A stretch of DNA of 64,000 bases from a candidate division WWE3 bacterium. Its GTDB lineage: Bacteria > Patescibacteriota > WWE3 > JAPLWK01. Numbering within the stretch: position 1 is the first letter of the stretch; every line of letters begins with the position of its first letter. Below are positions 46,715 through 56,988 of the stretch, piece after piece. A program made the position numbers and the translations under genes. Under the pieces are notes generated by a model. The model was not told where the DNA came from. It searched no databases and was given only the letters and a program-made list of their open reading frames with translations. The stretch is from assembly GCA_026396615.1 (NCBI GenBank), contig JAPLWK010000008.1, forward strand, positions 75,817 through 139,816, written 5' to 3'.

Positions 46715-47480
46715 ATTTTTTTATTTTCACCAACCAGCGCTTGGCGTGCCCATCAACCACTACTTGTTGAATCAATTGCAGTAACGACGACAAAAACCAG
46801 TACATCGTTAAACCCGAAGCCAGCTTCCAACCAATCAAAACCGTCATCACCGGCATAATGTATAACGATTGTTCTTGGATATTATACATGATATCGTCGC
46901 TTTTTCCAGCGGTTTTCTTGGCTAATTTTTCTTCTTTGGTAACTTGCGGCATCATCATTTTGGAAAGTAAAAATTGAGTAGCGGCGGCGATAATCGGAAG
47001 AATAAAAAATTGATCGGGCTTAATTAAATCAAGATACAAGAAACGGGTGTTTAAAACGTGGCCACCGGCAAATTGCAGGAACGGGTACAGTACTGAATTT
47101 AAGGTTTGGCCGGCATTGTTACCTAGAACCTTTAGAAAAACTTGATACAAAGCAAAAACAATCACTAAAGTAACAATTTGCATAATGCAGCCGGACGAAG
47201 GATTAAGACCATGCTCTTTTAGAAACTTGGCCTGAGCCTCCATTTGGGCTTTTTTATCGTCCTTAAATTTCTCTTTAATGGCGGCGAGTTCCGGAGCTAA
47301 TTCTCGCTGTTTTTTAGCGGATTTTAGCATCGGCAGCGACAAAGGCAAAGTAACGACTTTAATAATTATAGTGATGGCGATTATAGCCAAGCCTAAATTA
47401 CTGCCTAAAGAGTTGTATAAAAAAACCAGAGCGTTGGTTAAGGGAAAAACTAAACCTTGATTCCAAATGTTAGCAAGCAT
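46698..47480 (-). CDS. yidC: membrane protein insertase YidC (short, Gram-positive/CPR type)
   Basis: Five TM helices with the conserved PLS..LP...Q and a C-terminal basic tail. Position after yidD. Confidence 0.8.
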   Translation of the reverse strand: MLANIWNQGLVFPLTNALVFLYNSLGSNLGLAIIAITIIIKVVTLPLSLPMLKSAKKQRELAPELAAIKEKFKDDKKAQMEAQAKFLKEHGLNPSSGCIMQIVTLVIVFALYQVFLKVLGNNAGQTLNSVLYPFLQFAGGHVLNTRFLYLDLIKPDQFFILPIIAAATQFLLSKMMMPQVTKEEKLAKKTAGKSDDIMYNIQEQSLYIMPVMTVLIGWKLASGLTMYWFLSSLLQLIQQVVVDGHAKRWLVKIKKYAGKN

Positions 47481-47486
47481 AATAAA

Positions 47487-47723
47487 TTATTTAACCGGAT
47501 CGAAGCCACCGCGACTAAACGGGTTGCAACGGAGAATCCGGTACATGCCCATTAAAGACCCTCGCAGAATACCATATTTACCGATGGCTTCATAGCTGTA
47601 CTGCGAGCAACTGGGAGTAAAGCGGCAGAAATGAATCCCCGGAAACAGTTTGTGAGGAATTCCGTGATCAAAGGAGAGGAGTTTTTGATAAAGCCGAATT
47701 AAGGCTTGTGCGAATTTCGTCAT
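47487..47723 (-). CDS. yidD: membrane protein insertion efficiency factor YidD
   Basis: [45 protein letters not shown] is the YidD signature. Confidence 0.85.
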   Translation of the reverse strand: MTKFAQALIRLYQKLLSFDHGIPHKLFPGIHFCRFTPSCSQYSYEAIGKYGILRGSLMGMYRILRCNPFSRGGFDPVK

Positions 47724-48009
47724 AATTGCTAGTTAACGACCGTTTAAAAGCGACGATTACCACGTCATAACCCATTTTAAAAGATTCTAAATTTTCGTGC
47801 CAGGCATCCCTAAACATCCGCCGGACGCGATTACGATAGACCGCCCGCTTGTCAAGAGAATTAGTGACAATAATCCCAAGACGCGTTACTCCTTGCGTCT
47901 TAGCGGCCACGTACGACAAGCCAAACAGAGGTGTTGCAACCCCTTTTCCTAAGCGTTTAACGCGACGAAAATCGTAATCTGAAGTGAGTCTATATTTAGC
48001 AGGCAGCAC
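47668..48009 (-). CDS. rnpA: ribonuclease P protein component RnpA
   Basis: [21 protein letters not shown]...[22 protein letters not shown]. Confidence 0.85.
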   Translation of the reverse strand: MLPAKYRLTSDYDFRRVKRLGKGVATPLFGLSYVAAKTQGVTRLGIIVTNSLDKRAVYRNRVRRMFRDAWHENLESFKMGYDVVIVAFKRSLTSNYDEIRTSLNSALSKTPLL

Positions 48010-48015
48010 TATTAT

Positions 48016-48174
48016 TTACGCTTTCTGAGTTAACTGCGGCGTTAAAACTTTGCGCCCCTTGGCCCGGCGAGATTTTAAAACCCTACGTCCTGTTGGGGTT
48101 GACATTCTCTTCATGAAACCGTGCACTTTAACGCGGTGTTTTTTCTTCGGTTGAAAAGTTCTCTTTGTAGCCAT
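48016..48174 (-). CDS. rpmH: 50S ribosomal protein L34
   Basis: The reverse strand encodes [47 protein letters not shown] (52 aa). It was not in the ORF track because it is shorter than 60 aa. Coordinates are within ±1 nt. Confidence 0.8.
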   Translation of the reverse strand: MATKRTFQPKKKHRVKVHGFMKRMSTPTGRRVLKSRRAKGRKVLTPQLTQKA

Positions 48175-48285
48175 AACGAATGCATCTTACTTAAAAATAA
48201 ACCAAATAGCAACAACTAAAGAGCCTCTTGACGGCTTGTTGATAACTAACTACGATTTATAAACAACTGCCCCAAACTTACCCAC

Positions 48286-49641
48286 ATGCCAACAGACATT
48301 CTTTGGAAAAACATTTTAAGTGAGATAGAAAAGGAAATCACCAGTAGCTTCTTTAAAGCTTTCTTAACTAAAACAAAGTTAATTAACTATGAAAATGGCG
48401 TGCTTAACGTTACCTGTGCCAGCGAGCAGGCTCGCTTTCAAATTGAAAATAAATACTTGGGAATTATTAAAAGTGTGGCGGATAAGTTAACCCAAAGCAA
48501 CACTAAAATTGTAATGACTGTGGAAGAAGCTGCTAAAAAAGCGGTCACAGAAGCACCACTACTTGATCAAATTGCCAAAGAAAAAGCCCACGACCCGGTA
48601 TTCACTTTAAATAGTAATCTCTCCACAAGCTACACCTTTGATAGCTTTGTAGTGGGTCCTAACAACCGCTTGGCTTCGGCCGTTGCTCATGCTATTGCCG
48701 ACAACCCCGGTACCGTCTACAATCCCTTCTTCATTTATTCCGGCGTTGGCTTGGGAAAAACGCATTTGATGCAAGCAATTGGCAACGAGATTTTAAAAAA
48801 CAAAAAGGGTGGCCGAGTGGTTTACACCACCGGAGAATCATTTACCAATGAGATGGTAGAAGCGATTCAAAATTCAAAAAGACAATATAGTAGCGTTTCT
48901 AAATTTAGAGATAAATATCGCAATGTTGATGCTTTACTCATAGATGACGTCCAGTTCATTGCTGGTAGGGAGACGACCCAGGAAGAGTTCTTCCACACTT
49001 TTAACGCTCTTTATTTAAATCATAAGCAGATTATTTTAACGTCCGATCGGCCTCCCAAAGACATTGCTCGCCTCGAAGAACGCCTCTCGTCCCGTTTCTT
49101 AAGTGGCATGACGGCCGATATGCAAGCCCCCGATTTAGACATGCGCTCGGCTATTCTGCGTCAAAAACGTGACCAATTAAAATTACCAATTACCAATGAG
49201 GTGACTGATTTTATCGCCGAACGAGTTCTTAGTAATGTGCGGGAACTGGAAGGGGCTTTGCTTAAGGTCAGTGCAGTCGGTCAAGCTTCAGGATCAGCGG
49301 TGACGATTGACCAAGCGGCTGAAATCTTGGGGCAAGTAGCCCGCGAGCAACGCAAAAATTATACTTCTACCGACATCATCAAAGCCGTCGCCAGTTATTA
49401 CAACGTTAAATTAGTGGATCTTAAAGGGCCCAGACGCCAAGCCGAAGTCGTCGTGCCTCGGCAAATTGCCATGTACCTGGTTCGCTCTTTAACTCAAATG
49501 CCGGTCATTACCCTCGGCGAAATCTTTGGCGGTCGTGATCACAGCACAGTCATTCACGCCACGGATAAAATAGCGTTAGCGGTTAAAACCGATACCAAAA
49601 TGAATCAAGATATTATTAATATTAAGCAAGGTTTATTGTAG
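48286..49641 (+). CDS. dnaA: chromosomal replication initiator DnaA
   Basis: Walker A GVGLGKTHLMQAIG, box VII, and the C-terminal DNA-binding domain ...IAMYLVR...GGRDHSTVIHA. Confidence 0.9.
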   Translation: MPTDILWKNILSEIEKEITSSFFKAFLTKTKLINYENGVLNVTCASEQARFQIENKYLGIIKSVADKLTQSNTKIVMTVEEAAKKAVTEAPLLDQIAKEKAHDPVFTLNSNLSTSYTFDSFVVGPNNRLASAVAHAIADNPGTVYNPFFIYSGVGLGKTHLMQAIGNEILKNKKGGRVVYTTGESFTNEMVEAIQNSKRQYSSVSKFRDKYRNVDALLIDDVQFIAGRETTQEEFFHTFNALYLNHKQIILTSDRPPKDIARLEERLSSRFLSGMTADMQAPDLDMRSAILRQKRDQLKLPITNEVTDFIAERVLSNVRELEGALLKVSAVGQASGSAVTIDQAAEILGQVAREQRKNYTSTDIIKAVASYYNVKLVDLKGPRRQAEVVVPRQIAMYLVRSLTQMPVITLGEIFGGRDHSTVIHATDKIALAVKTDTKMNQDIINIKQGLL

Positions 49642-49867
49642 GCTGCAGATCCGAATTAATCCGAAAGGGTATTTGAATTTATTCGAATATCGAATCGGGT
49701 TGAGGACGAGGCATGCCTCGTCCTCGGATAAAACAAACATACGTTAATGTGGATAATCAACAATTACACTCCAGGCCTTGTGGATAAAAGTCTAACTTGT
49801 CCACAAAGTTATCTACATAAGTTTATAGTTATCAACAATTGATTCGAGTGTTCCTACAAGCTTAAGT
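49642..49867. promoter_or_regulatory. candidate oriC. It contains a cluster of five DnaA-box-like 9-mers and AT-rich sequence
   Basis: TGTGGATAA at 49748 and 49780 (perfect reverse complements of TTATCCACA). TTGTCCACA at 49798, TTATCTACA at 49808, TTATCAACA at 49832. A GCATGC-apex hairpin at 49703-49725. Another TGTTGATAA box at about 48237 between rpmH and dnaA. Confidence 0.5.
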
Positions 49868-51292
49868 GTGGTCAAAAGTAGTAGGTATCAAAAGTATAGA
49901 CATATGAACAAACAAAAAACATTAAATAACAAGTTACAAAAGGCCGCTTTTATGTTGATCAACATGTTAACACCACCTAATACTAAGACGACTAAATATA
50001 AACAGTTAAAACCATTACAGTGGGTTGTTCATAACCTCAAGTCGATATCTTTTGTTCTGTTATTATTTGGGATAATAGTTAACTGGGGAAAACATTATAT
50101 AAATAGTGGCTCCTACGTTTCTGGAACTTTAGTTGATTACTTAATTCCTACTTTCTATTTTAGTTACTTAACAACTCTGTTTTTTATTAGCGTTAATCTT
50201 AAAGAAGCGGTTACCAATATATTTCAGACATCTTCTAAGATTTACACCGCTCTAAGGATTCGACGATTACTTTTTATACTGGCTATAATTTTTATAGTAC
50301 TAGTCATATTTTCCTATTTACTTAACCCTACTGTTGCTAGTTTAACGAAGACCTTACAGCTATTTTTAATGCTTAATCTCTTTGTTGTGGTCACTAACAT
50401 TCAAATCACGCCGCGGGACCTTAAGGCTATCATGACGACCTTAGTGGCACTGCTAGTTGTGACGGCACTTTTGGGTTTGTACCAATTTATTTTCCAGCGC
50501 AGTTTGTGTGGTTACTTTTGTTTTGGGGAGACAAATTTACTTAAAAATACTTATGGTATTACTACCGACTTTTTTGGAAGTGTCTCCCGAATACTTCCCT
50601 ACGGCCCTTTTCCACACCCTAATATTTTCGGCGGTTTCTTGGCACTAGGAGTAACTTTTGTAAGTTGGCTTTTCTTAAAAACTCATAAGTGGGGCTATAT
50701 AGTTTTTATAATATTTATAGCTTCTATAATTTTTATAACTCACTCAGAAATGGCTATTTTGACAGCCCTACTCGGAGTATTATTTTTGCTATTTTTAAAA
50801 GCGTCATCCAAAGTGTTTAAATTAGTCTGGCTAGGCAGTTTAGTCACTTTAGTGATTGGACTCGAGATTTATTTAGTAACTCATCCGTTAGTTTTAAACA
50901 CCCTTTCTTGGCTACGTCGTTTGCACTTAGCTCAGTCTGCTGTGACGGCCATTAAGAACTTTCCAATCCTGGGGCTGGGTCCTAATAATTTTATAAAGTA
51001 CTTGCCTAGTCTCCCTTATAACCCCGGCTTTCCGCCGTTTTGGCAGCCGGTACATAATATTTATCTGCTAATTGCGTCAGAGCTGGGGGTGCCAACTTTA
51101 ATAGTTATAATATTTATAATTCTTATAATATTTATAACTGTTATACAGTCGCGGCGATATCTTTTTGCGGCATTAATAGCTCAACTTTTAATCTTAGGTT
51201 TTTGGGATCACTATCTGTGGACGACGCCCCAAGGTCTTTTATTGTTTTGGTTGACTTTAGGGGTCGCTGTTTCTAATATAAAGAGGCGATGA
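49868..51292 (+). CDS. O-antigen ligase/polymerase-like (Wzy_C) polytopic membrane protein
   Basis: About 12 TM helices. LGLGPNNFIKYLP...HNIYLLIASELGVPTLI matches the Wzy_C HN-YL..E.G motif. Confidence 0.55.
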   Translation: MVKSSRYQKYRHMNKQKTLNNKLQKAAFMLINMLTPPNTKTTKYKQLKPLQWVVHNLKSISFVLLLFGIIVNWGKHYINSGSYVSGTLVDYLIPTFYFSYLTTLFFISVNLKEAVTNIFQTSSKIYTALRIRRLLFILAIIFIVLVIFSYLLNPTVASLTKTLQLFLMLNLFVVVTNIQITPRDLKAIMTTLVALLVVTALLGLYQFIFQRSLCGYFCFGETNLLKNTYGITTDFFGSVSRILPYGPFPHPNIFGGFLALGVTFVSWLFLKTHKWGYIVFIIFIASIIFITHSEMAILTALLGVLFLLFLKASSKVFKLVWLGSLVTLVIGLEIYLVTHPLVLNTLSWLRRLHLAQSAVTAIKNFPILGLGPNNFIKYLPSLPYNPGFPPFWQPVHNIYLLIASELGVPTLIVIIFIILIIFITVIQSRRYLFAALIAQLLILGFWDHYLWTTPQGLLLFWLTLGVAVSNIKRR

Positions 51293-52584
51293 AATTCTCC
51301 GCGACTCGACTTCTATCCACTGCGCTGCTGGTGACGCTGCCTTTTGGTTTGGGTGGCTGTAACTCTAAGTTACCCGGAGCTGCCGCCAAAGTCACTTTGA
51401 CTTATTGGGGCTTGTTTGAGCACCCGGAAACAGTCGCTCCCTTGATTGCCGGTTACCAAAAACTGCACCCTAACGTCACTATTAATTATTCACCGCAAAC
51501 CTATACCACTTTAGCCAGTTACAAGGAGACGGTTTTGACTCGTCTTAAAGGCGGCACTAGCGGCACCGTTCCTGATATTCTACGAATTCACGCCTCTTGG
51601 GTGCCCGGTATGTACCAAAATTTATCACCGTTACCCACGACGGTTTATAGCCCCACCGATTTTTCGCAGACGTTTTACCCGGCGGCCGCTAAGTCCTTAA
51701 CCATTGGCACCAATATTTACGGCATTCCGTTAATGTATGACGGCTTGGCGTTAGTTTATAACACCGATCTGTTTGCCGAGGCCGGGATTACTTCCCCACC
51801 GACCACTTGGGAAGATTTTCGAGCGGTGGCTGTGAAACTTACTAAACTTGATGCCAGGGGTCGAATCGATCAGTCGGGGGCGGCCATCGGTCTTTCCAGC
51901 AATGTCGCTTTTGGCAGTGATCTGCTAAATTTAATGTGGGCCCAAAGTAGCCTTAAAATTCCCGATGATTTGGGAACGCAAGCGGCTTCCGATGCTCTCA
52001 CTTTTTACACTAATTTTGCCAAGCAGGATAAAGTTTGGGATAGTGACCTTCCCTATTCGGTGACCTCGTTTGCTAACGGCAAGGTGGGCATGATTTTTGT
52101 GCCTTCTTGGACTTTACTGGATATTACCGGCATTAATCCTTCTATTAAATACGCCGTGGCGCCGGTTCCCCAAGTGCCCAGTTTAACGGGATCGCAAAGC
52201 TCCGTAAATTGGGCCAGTTTTTGGGTAGAGAGTGTCGCTAAGTCTTCACCAAATAGTGCGGCAGCTTGGGATTTCCTAAAATATTTAAGCGAAAAAAGTA
52301 CTCAGCAACAGTTCTACAGTGAAACCGCCAAAATCCGGCCTTACGGTGAACTTTACAGTCGCCGTGATTTACGTGACAGTTTATTGTCTGACAAGAATTT
52401 AAGCCCCTATATTTCCGGGGCGGAATCCGCGGTTACCGGCGCTGTCTCCGACCGGGCCGGTAATGACTTTGCGGTGGCCGCCGTTAACGACGCCATTTCC
52501 GCGGCCGCAGCTGGCACCGATGCCAAAACAGCTTTAGGCATTTGCCAAAAAACCTTGCAGCAACTTGGGGTTAGAAGTTTGTAG
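51289..52584 (+). CDS. extracellular solute-binding protein (family 1, sugar-type) lipoprotein
   Basis: Lipobox LGGC. VTLTYWGLFE...GIPLMYDGLALVYNTDLF matches the SBP_bac_1 pattern. Confidence 0.5.
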   Translation: MKFSATRLLSTALLVTLPFGLGGCNSKLPGAAAKVTLTYWGLFEHPETVAPLIAGYQKLHPNVTINYSPQTYTTLASYKETVLTRLKGGTSGTVPDILRIHASWVPGMYQNLSPLPTTVYSPTDFSQTFYPAAAKSLTIGTNIYGIPLMYDGLALVYNTDLFAEAGITSPPTTWEDFRAVAVKLTKLDARGRIDQSGAAIGLSSNVAFGSDLLNLMWAQSSLKIPDDLGTQAASDALTFYTNFAKQDKVWDSDLPYSVTSFANGKVGMIFVPSWTLLDITGINPSIKYAVAPVPQVPSLTGSQSSVNWASFWVESVAKSSPNSAAAWDFLKYLSEKSTQQQFYSETAKIRPYGELYSRRDLRDSLLSDKNLSPYISGAESAVTGAVSDRAGNDFAVAAVNDAISAAAAGTDAKTALGICQKTLQQLGVRSL

Positions 52585-53725
52585 TGGCAGAGGGAGAGGC
52601 GTTGGGGATGACATCGGGCGCAGTCATTTTTTCCCTAATTAAACTTTGAATCTCACTAAAAACGCCGTTACCTTTTCTGGGGATAGCAATATAGCCATAA
52701 ACATCATCGTGACCGTCCACTAAAATCCCACCACCGTCTTCTTGACCCGCCCAAGAACTTAAGACCAAACTGACCGGCTTTACCACTTTAAGTTTTTGAG
52801 TAGCTACCAAAGCTTCCGGAATCTCGGAAATATCAAAGTTGGTGTCGACCGCCGTTTTAAAATTGTTATAAAGCTCCTGCAGTTTACTAATGTTTAAAAG
52901 CGTTTGCGAGGATAGCAGTTTTTCTTTAACGCCCTCAATAATTAGTTGCTGCCTACGTGCCCGACCAAAGTCAGTGCCTAGTGTTCCAACTCCATGGCGG
53001 CTGCGGGCAAATTCTAAAGCCTGGGCACCGTCCAAATGCAAGGGCCCGGGAACGTATTTTAGGTGTTTAAAGCGGCAACGAAAGCGGAAGGCGGGATCTT
53101 CTCCATTTGCTAGCGCGTCCTCAGTCTCTTTATTCACATCCAAGCCACAAGTAGCGTTTTCCATGCCGGTTACTGGGTAGTCAAAATCCTCGTAAGCCGC
53201 AGGAACAACGATATCCACTCCGCCTACGATGTCAATTGCGCGAGTAAAGGCGTCAAAGCCAATTAAAACATGGTAATGAATCGGGAGTCCGGTAACTTCG
53301 GTAACGGCCGCTTCCGTATTTTTAATGTCATCGCCGTTTAAATGATAAATGCTATTTATTTTCATTCTAAAAGAAGGAATGTATAAATCACGAGGAACGG
53401 AGACCATTAAAACCTTTTTGGTCGTCTGGTTTATTGATAACACTAAAATCGTATCGGTGAGGGTGCCACTTTGAATAGCGCTTTTTTGATCGCGAGTGTC
53501 GGTTCCTAAAATTAAAATGTTGGTTACGCCGTCAGATTCTTTAAGAGGGGTGGGGTGCGTGATTTGGGTGTAAATCTCGATGGGATTAAGTTTAGTGACT
53601 TTAGCGATACCAAAGATTCCGGCCCCAATGATTCCCATGACGACTAAAAAAAGAATCGTAAAAATAATCGTCGCATTCTTATTTTTCCTCTTAGAAACTC
53701 TGGGAGCCAGATCAACGTATTGCAT
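52571..53725 (-). CDS. LytR-CpsA-Psr (LCP) family cell-envelope glycopolymer transferase
   Basis: N-terminal TM. NILILGTDTRD...DTILVLSIN...MVSVPRDLYIP is the LCP core. Confidence 0.75.
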   Translation of the reverse strand: MQYVDLAPRVSKRKNKNATIIFTILFLVVMGIIGAGIFGIAKVTKLNPIEIYTQITHPTPLKESDGVTNILILGTDTRDQKSAIQSGTLTDTILVLSINQTTKKVLMVSVPRDLYIPSFRMKINSIYHLNGDDIKNTEAAVTEVTGLPIHYHVLIGFDAFTRAIDIVGGVDIVVPAAYEDFDYPVTGMENATCGLDVNKETEDALANGEDPAFRFRCRFKHLKYVPGPLHLDGAQALEFARSRHGVGTLGTDFGRARRQQLIIEGVKEKLLSSQTLLNISKLQELYNNFKTAVDTNFDISEIPEALVATQKLKVVKPVSLVLSSWAGQEDGGGILVDGHDDVYGYIAIPRKGNGVFSEIQSLIREKMTAPDVIPNASPSATTNF

Positions 53726-53730
53726 AATTT

Positions 53731-54399
53731 TTAAGCGTACGCTTGGATAATTTTAAAAAGTTCTTCCGGTTCTCGCGAGGCGTTACCAACGAGGACCCCC
53801 CAAATCTCAGAAGACTTGGCGTAAACGGCGGCATTTTTACTGTTTACACTGCCCCCGTAAAGCACGGGAACGTCCGGAAGAATTGTCTGCACCTCTTTAA
53901 TGAATGCTAAAACCTCTTTAACATCTTCTGCTTTACCAACTTTACCGGTACTAATAGCGTCCAGTGGTTCATACGCAAGGAGTAAATCATCGGCTTTAAA
54001 ACCGGCATCAGCGAGAATTTGCACTTGGTTTAGATTGGATACGCAAACAATCGGCATAATATTACAGGCAAAAGCTTGACCGATTTTAGCAACTATAACC
54101 TCATCACTTTCTTTAAACTCAGTCCGCCGTTCACTATGCCCGATCAACGCATAGTCAACCATTTCAGCAACTTGGCTGGCCGCTACTTCACCGGTATGGG
54201 GTCCGGTCGGAAAGGCCGAAACATCCTGAGCCCCTAAAAAGTAAGGCACTCCTTCAAAGGCTTTTAGAAGCGGTAGTGATGGGCAGAAAATGACGACCAC
54301 ATTTTCCGGGAGTATTTGATTATTAAATTCCACCAAGAATTCCCGAGTTTCTTTAATATTTTTATTAGCTTTCCAGTTAGCAACGACGAATTTTTTCAT
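53731..54399 (-). CDS. tpiA: triosephosphate isomerase
   Basis: VVANWKANK (NWKMN motif), IGHSERR, and the C-terminal YGGSV. Confidence 0.85.
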   Translation of the reverse strand: MKKFVVANWKANKNIKETREFLVEFNNQILPENVVVIFCPSLPLLKAFEGVPYFLGAQDVSAFPTGPHTGEVAASQVAEMVDYALIGHSERRTEFKESDEVIVAKIGQAFACNIMPIVCVSNLNQVQILADAGFKADDLLLAYEPLDAISTGKVGKAEDVKEVLAFIKEVQTILPDVPVLYGGSVNSKNAAVYAKSSEIWGVLVGNASREPEELFKIIQAYA

Positions 54400-54405
54400 A
54401 AAGTA

Positions 54406-56289
54406 TTATGGAATGTTAACCTCTGTTACGCCACTTGACCCCGATGTTAGATTTTCTTTAAGTTCCTCAGTTTTAGCGTCTTCTTTAATTTTTAAAACCT
54501 CGGAAGGCTTAGTGGTAATTAATTTATGCTCTTCAGGCGAGGCGACGACTTGGATGGCGACGTGATTAGCGCCGGCAAAGAACAGACCCTCTCCAATGCC
54601 AGCGGAGAGTAATAATCTTTTTTCCCCGTCAGACAAGTAGAAAACGTCGCCCAATTTGTCGATTTCTGAAGGACTTTGCTTTAGCAGTATTTGCAGTGAA
54701 GAGTTGGAAATAATGGCTTGGCCAAAGTCGGTTCCTAAAAAGTCGCCGACATTTTGAGTAATTGTGGTTAGTCCCAAGAAATATTTGCGGCAACGCTTGG
54801 CCATGGAGTATAGGAAACTGGCGCTATCGGGGCTTTGCATCATATACCAAGCTTCATCCACAATTAAAATCCGTTTCTTCATTTCTCGTTTTACTTTAGT
54901 CCAAATGTAATCAAGGATAATAAACATGGCAATGGGCCGCAGCACATCCTCCAGTTGCTTGGTTGAAAAGACCGTAAAGCTGTTATCTAAATTTAAATTA
55001 CTATGGTGATCAAAAATCCCGGCCATACTGCCCTTAATATATCTTTCGAGTCTGGTCGCCAAACCTTTGGCCTCGACTTCTTCCATGCCCAGCAACACTT
55101 TATAAAGATCTTCCATCAATGGCGGCTCTTGGGTGCGCTGGGTTTCGGGATCGGGAGTAATGCCCTTTAGCTTGTAGGTAGCCACCAAAGCGCGATCCAA
55201 AATGGCCTCCTCAGTGTTACTAATTGTGCCGTAAATTATTTTAAAAAGCGAGTGCAGACTTAAGATTTTTAAACCTAGTTCATTCTCACCACTACCTGTG
55301 ACGCCAGCCAGATCAAAAGGATTTATTTTAGATTGAGAGCTTGAGGAAAATTCGATGTACTCGCCGCCAACCGCTTCACATAAGCGGTCGTACTCATTTT
55401 CCGGATCTAGTACAATCACGTCAGTTCCAAACATTAAGGAGCGTAAAGCCTCTAATTTCACAAAGTAAGACTTTCCGGCCCCGGCCTTGGCAAAAACCAC
55501 CGAGTTAGCGTTTTCCAAAGTAAAGCGGTCAAAAATAACTAAAGAACCGTTATGTTTATTAATACCATATAGAATTCCTTCGTTGCTGGTTAATTCTGAT
55601 GAGGTAAAGGGAAACGTCGTTGCCAAAGAGGTCGTGTCCATGTTCCTGGTCACTAAAATCTTGTCTAAACAAGTCGGCGTGGTGGTTTGAAAAGCCTGTT
55701 CCATTTGTAAAGTGGCGTGTTTAGAAATAATCATGATCGAGCCTAGTGTCCCTTCGACCCGCTTAGTGACAGCATTTAATTCATCCAGGTTAGTGGCCGG
55801 AATCGTAATATATAAGGAGAATTGGAAAAAGCGTTCCGCTCCTTTTACTAATTGATCTTGCAGCGATTTAGCGTCCTCCAAAGCGGCCCGCACTGTTGGA
55901 TCCACCACTTTACCATGCTCGCTATCGGAAGCTAATGTTGCCTCCATTTCGGCAATTTTATGCCGTAAATCATCTAAAACTCCTTGGGCTTGAACCGGAT
56001 AATAAAACATGGAAATGTCTAAGGTATGATCAAAAGTAATTAATGGTGATAGCCAGTTGGCGCCGACGAATCTGGGGTAGCCGGAAACAAAGAGGGTCCT
56101 AAAAAAAGTGGTTCCGATTTTTAAATGATCAAAGTCTACCTCGATGGCTGAGGGAGCAATAATGTCGGCTACATTAACCATGCCGGCGGCCAAAGTTTGA
56201 GCCGGATTATCCGTCGGGGTTTCGGGAGCGGCGGCTGGTGTTTTTTTCTTCCCCGGTAATAAATCTCTAAAATTTAAGTATAAGGCCAT
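54406..56289 (-). CDS. VirB4-family T4SS ATPase (Gram-positive TraE/PrgJ type), C-terminal 627 aa including the ATPase core
   Basis: IEVDFDHLKIGTTFFRTLFVSGYPRFVGANWLSPL (the CagE_TrbE_VirB region), Walker A VVFAKAGAGKSYFVK, and Walker B ILIVDEAW. The start codon lies 3 nt after the in-frame TAA of the upstream ORF. Confidence 0.75.
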   Translation of the reverse strand: MALYLNFRDLLPGKKKTPAAAPETPTDNPAQTLAAGMVNVADIIAPSAIEVDFDHLKIGTTFFRTLFVSGYPRFVGANWLSPLITFDHTLDISMFYYPVQAQGVLDDLRHKIAEMEATLASDSEHGKVVDPTVRAALEDAKSLQDQLVKGAERFFQFSLYITIPATNLDELNAVTKRVEGTLGSIMIISKHATLQMEQAFQTTTPTCLDKILVTRNMDTTSLATTFPFTSSELTSNEGILYGINKHNGSLVIFDRFTLENANSVVFAKAGAGKSYFVKLEALRSLMFGTDVIVLDPENEYDRLCEAVGGEYIEFSSSSQSKINPFDLAGVTGSGENELGLKILSLHSLFKIIYGTISNTEEAILDRALVATYKLKGITPDPETQRTQEPPLMEDLYKVLLGMEEVEAKGLATRLERYIKGSMAGIFDHHSNLNLDNSFTVFSTKQLEDVLRPIAMFIILDYIWTKVKREMKKRILIVDEAWYMMQSPDSASFLYSMAKRCRKYFLGLTTITQNVGDFLGTDFGQAIISNSSLQILLKQSPSEIDKLGDVFYLSDGEKRLLLSAGIGEGLFFAGANHVAIQVVASPEEHKLITTKPSEVLKIKEDAKTEELKENLTSGSSGVTEVNIP

Positions 56290-56292
56290 AAA

Positions 56293-56988
56293 TTAAGCAA
56301 TCATCGGCTCCACAATGGGGGCGGTATATTCACTGGTATCCTTTATTTTCTGCTCCCTGGAACTGGCGGGGTTATAAATATCATAAAAAAGCGACACCAA
56401 TTCTTCGGTGTTTAATTGCCGAGCTTTAACCCCCATTTTAGAAAATTCTTTAATAATATGATCTCTTTTGGGGATTAATTGGCTAACCGACTTCTTTAAA
56501 ATATATTCGGTATCTACATAAACTCTTTTAGTGGTGACGCCAAATAAGTTTAGCAGCCAATCGAAGGGGCCACTCCCTGTCGCCGACGTGACAATTCCGT
56601 AAGGAATAATCACGTAGAATTTTTTATCTAAGACATCATTTTGGGTAATTAATTCTTCAATAAATTTTCGATACCCAATTACCTGGCCTCGTAACTTTTC
56701 ATTAGCCTGGCCCTCTTCCGCTTTTGTGAGTATCTCCAAATAATTAGATACGTCCATTCTTTTACTGCGAATCACGATTTGAATCGGGAAAGATAGAGAA
56801 TTTAATAGACCGGCGTAAGCGGCAATCATACTATCTTGCTCGCGTTCAGAAAGGAGGTCAAAGTTAACGGCGGTGGTTTGAATCACTATGGCCGCCCCGC
56901 CGGTTTTTAGAATCAAAGTATCATTCTTAATATCCGCGATATCAATGTGTTGCTGAGTGGAAGCATTTATGGGAGTGTTATATTTCAT
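56293..56988 (-). CDS. N-terminal domain of the VirB4/TraE-like ATPase, encoded as a separate ORF in the same frame
   Basis: DIADIKNDTLILKTGGAAIVIQTTAVNFDLLSEREQDSMIAAYAGLLNSL...KKFYVIIPYG parallels the first 200 aa of Gram-positive VirB4 homologs (PINFxLxSExEQ ... RFFVIxxY). Confidence 0.55.
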   Translation of the reverse strand: MKYNTPINASTQQHIDIADIKNDTLILKTGGAAIVIQTTAVNFDLLSEREQDSMIAAYAGLLNSLSFPIQIVIRSKRMDVSNYLEILTKAEEGQANEKLRGQVIGYRKFIEELITQNDVLDKKFYVIIPYGIVTSATGSGPFDWLLNLFGVTTKRVYVDTEYILKKSVSQLIPKRDHIIKEFSKMGVKARQLNTEELVSLFYDIYNPASSREQKIKDTSEYTAPIVEPMIA

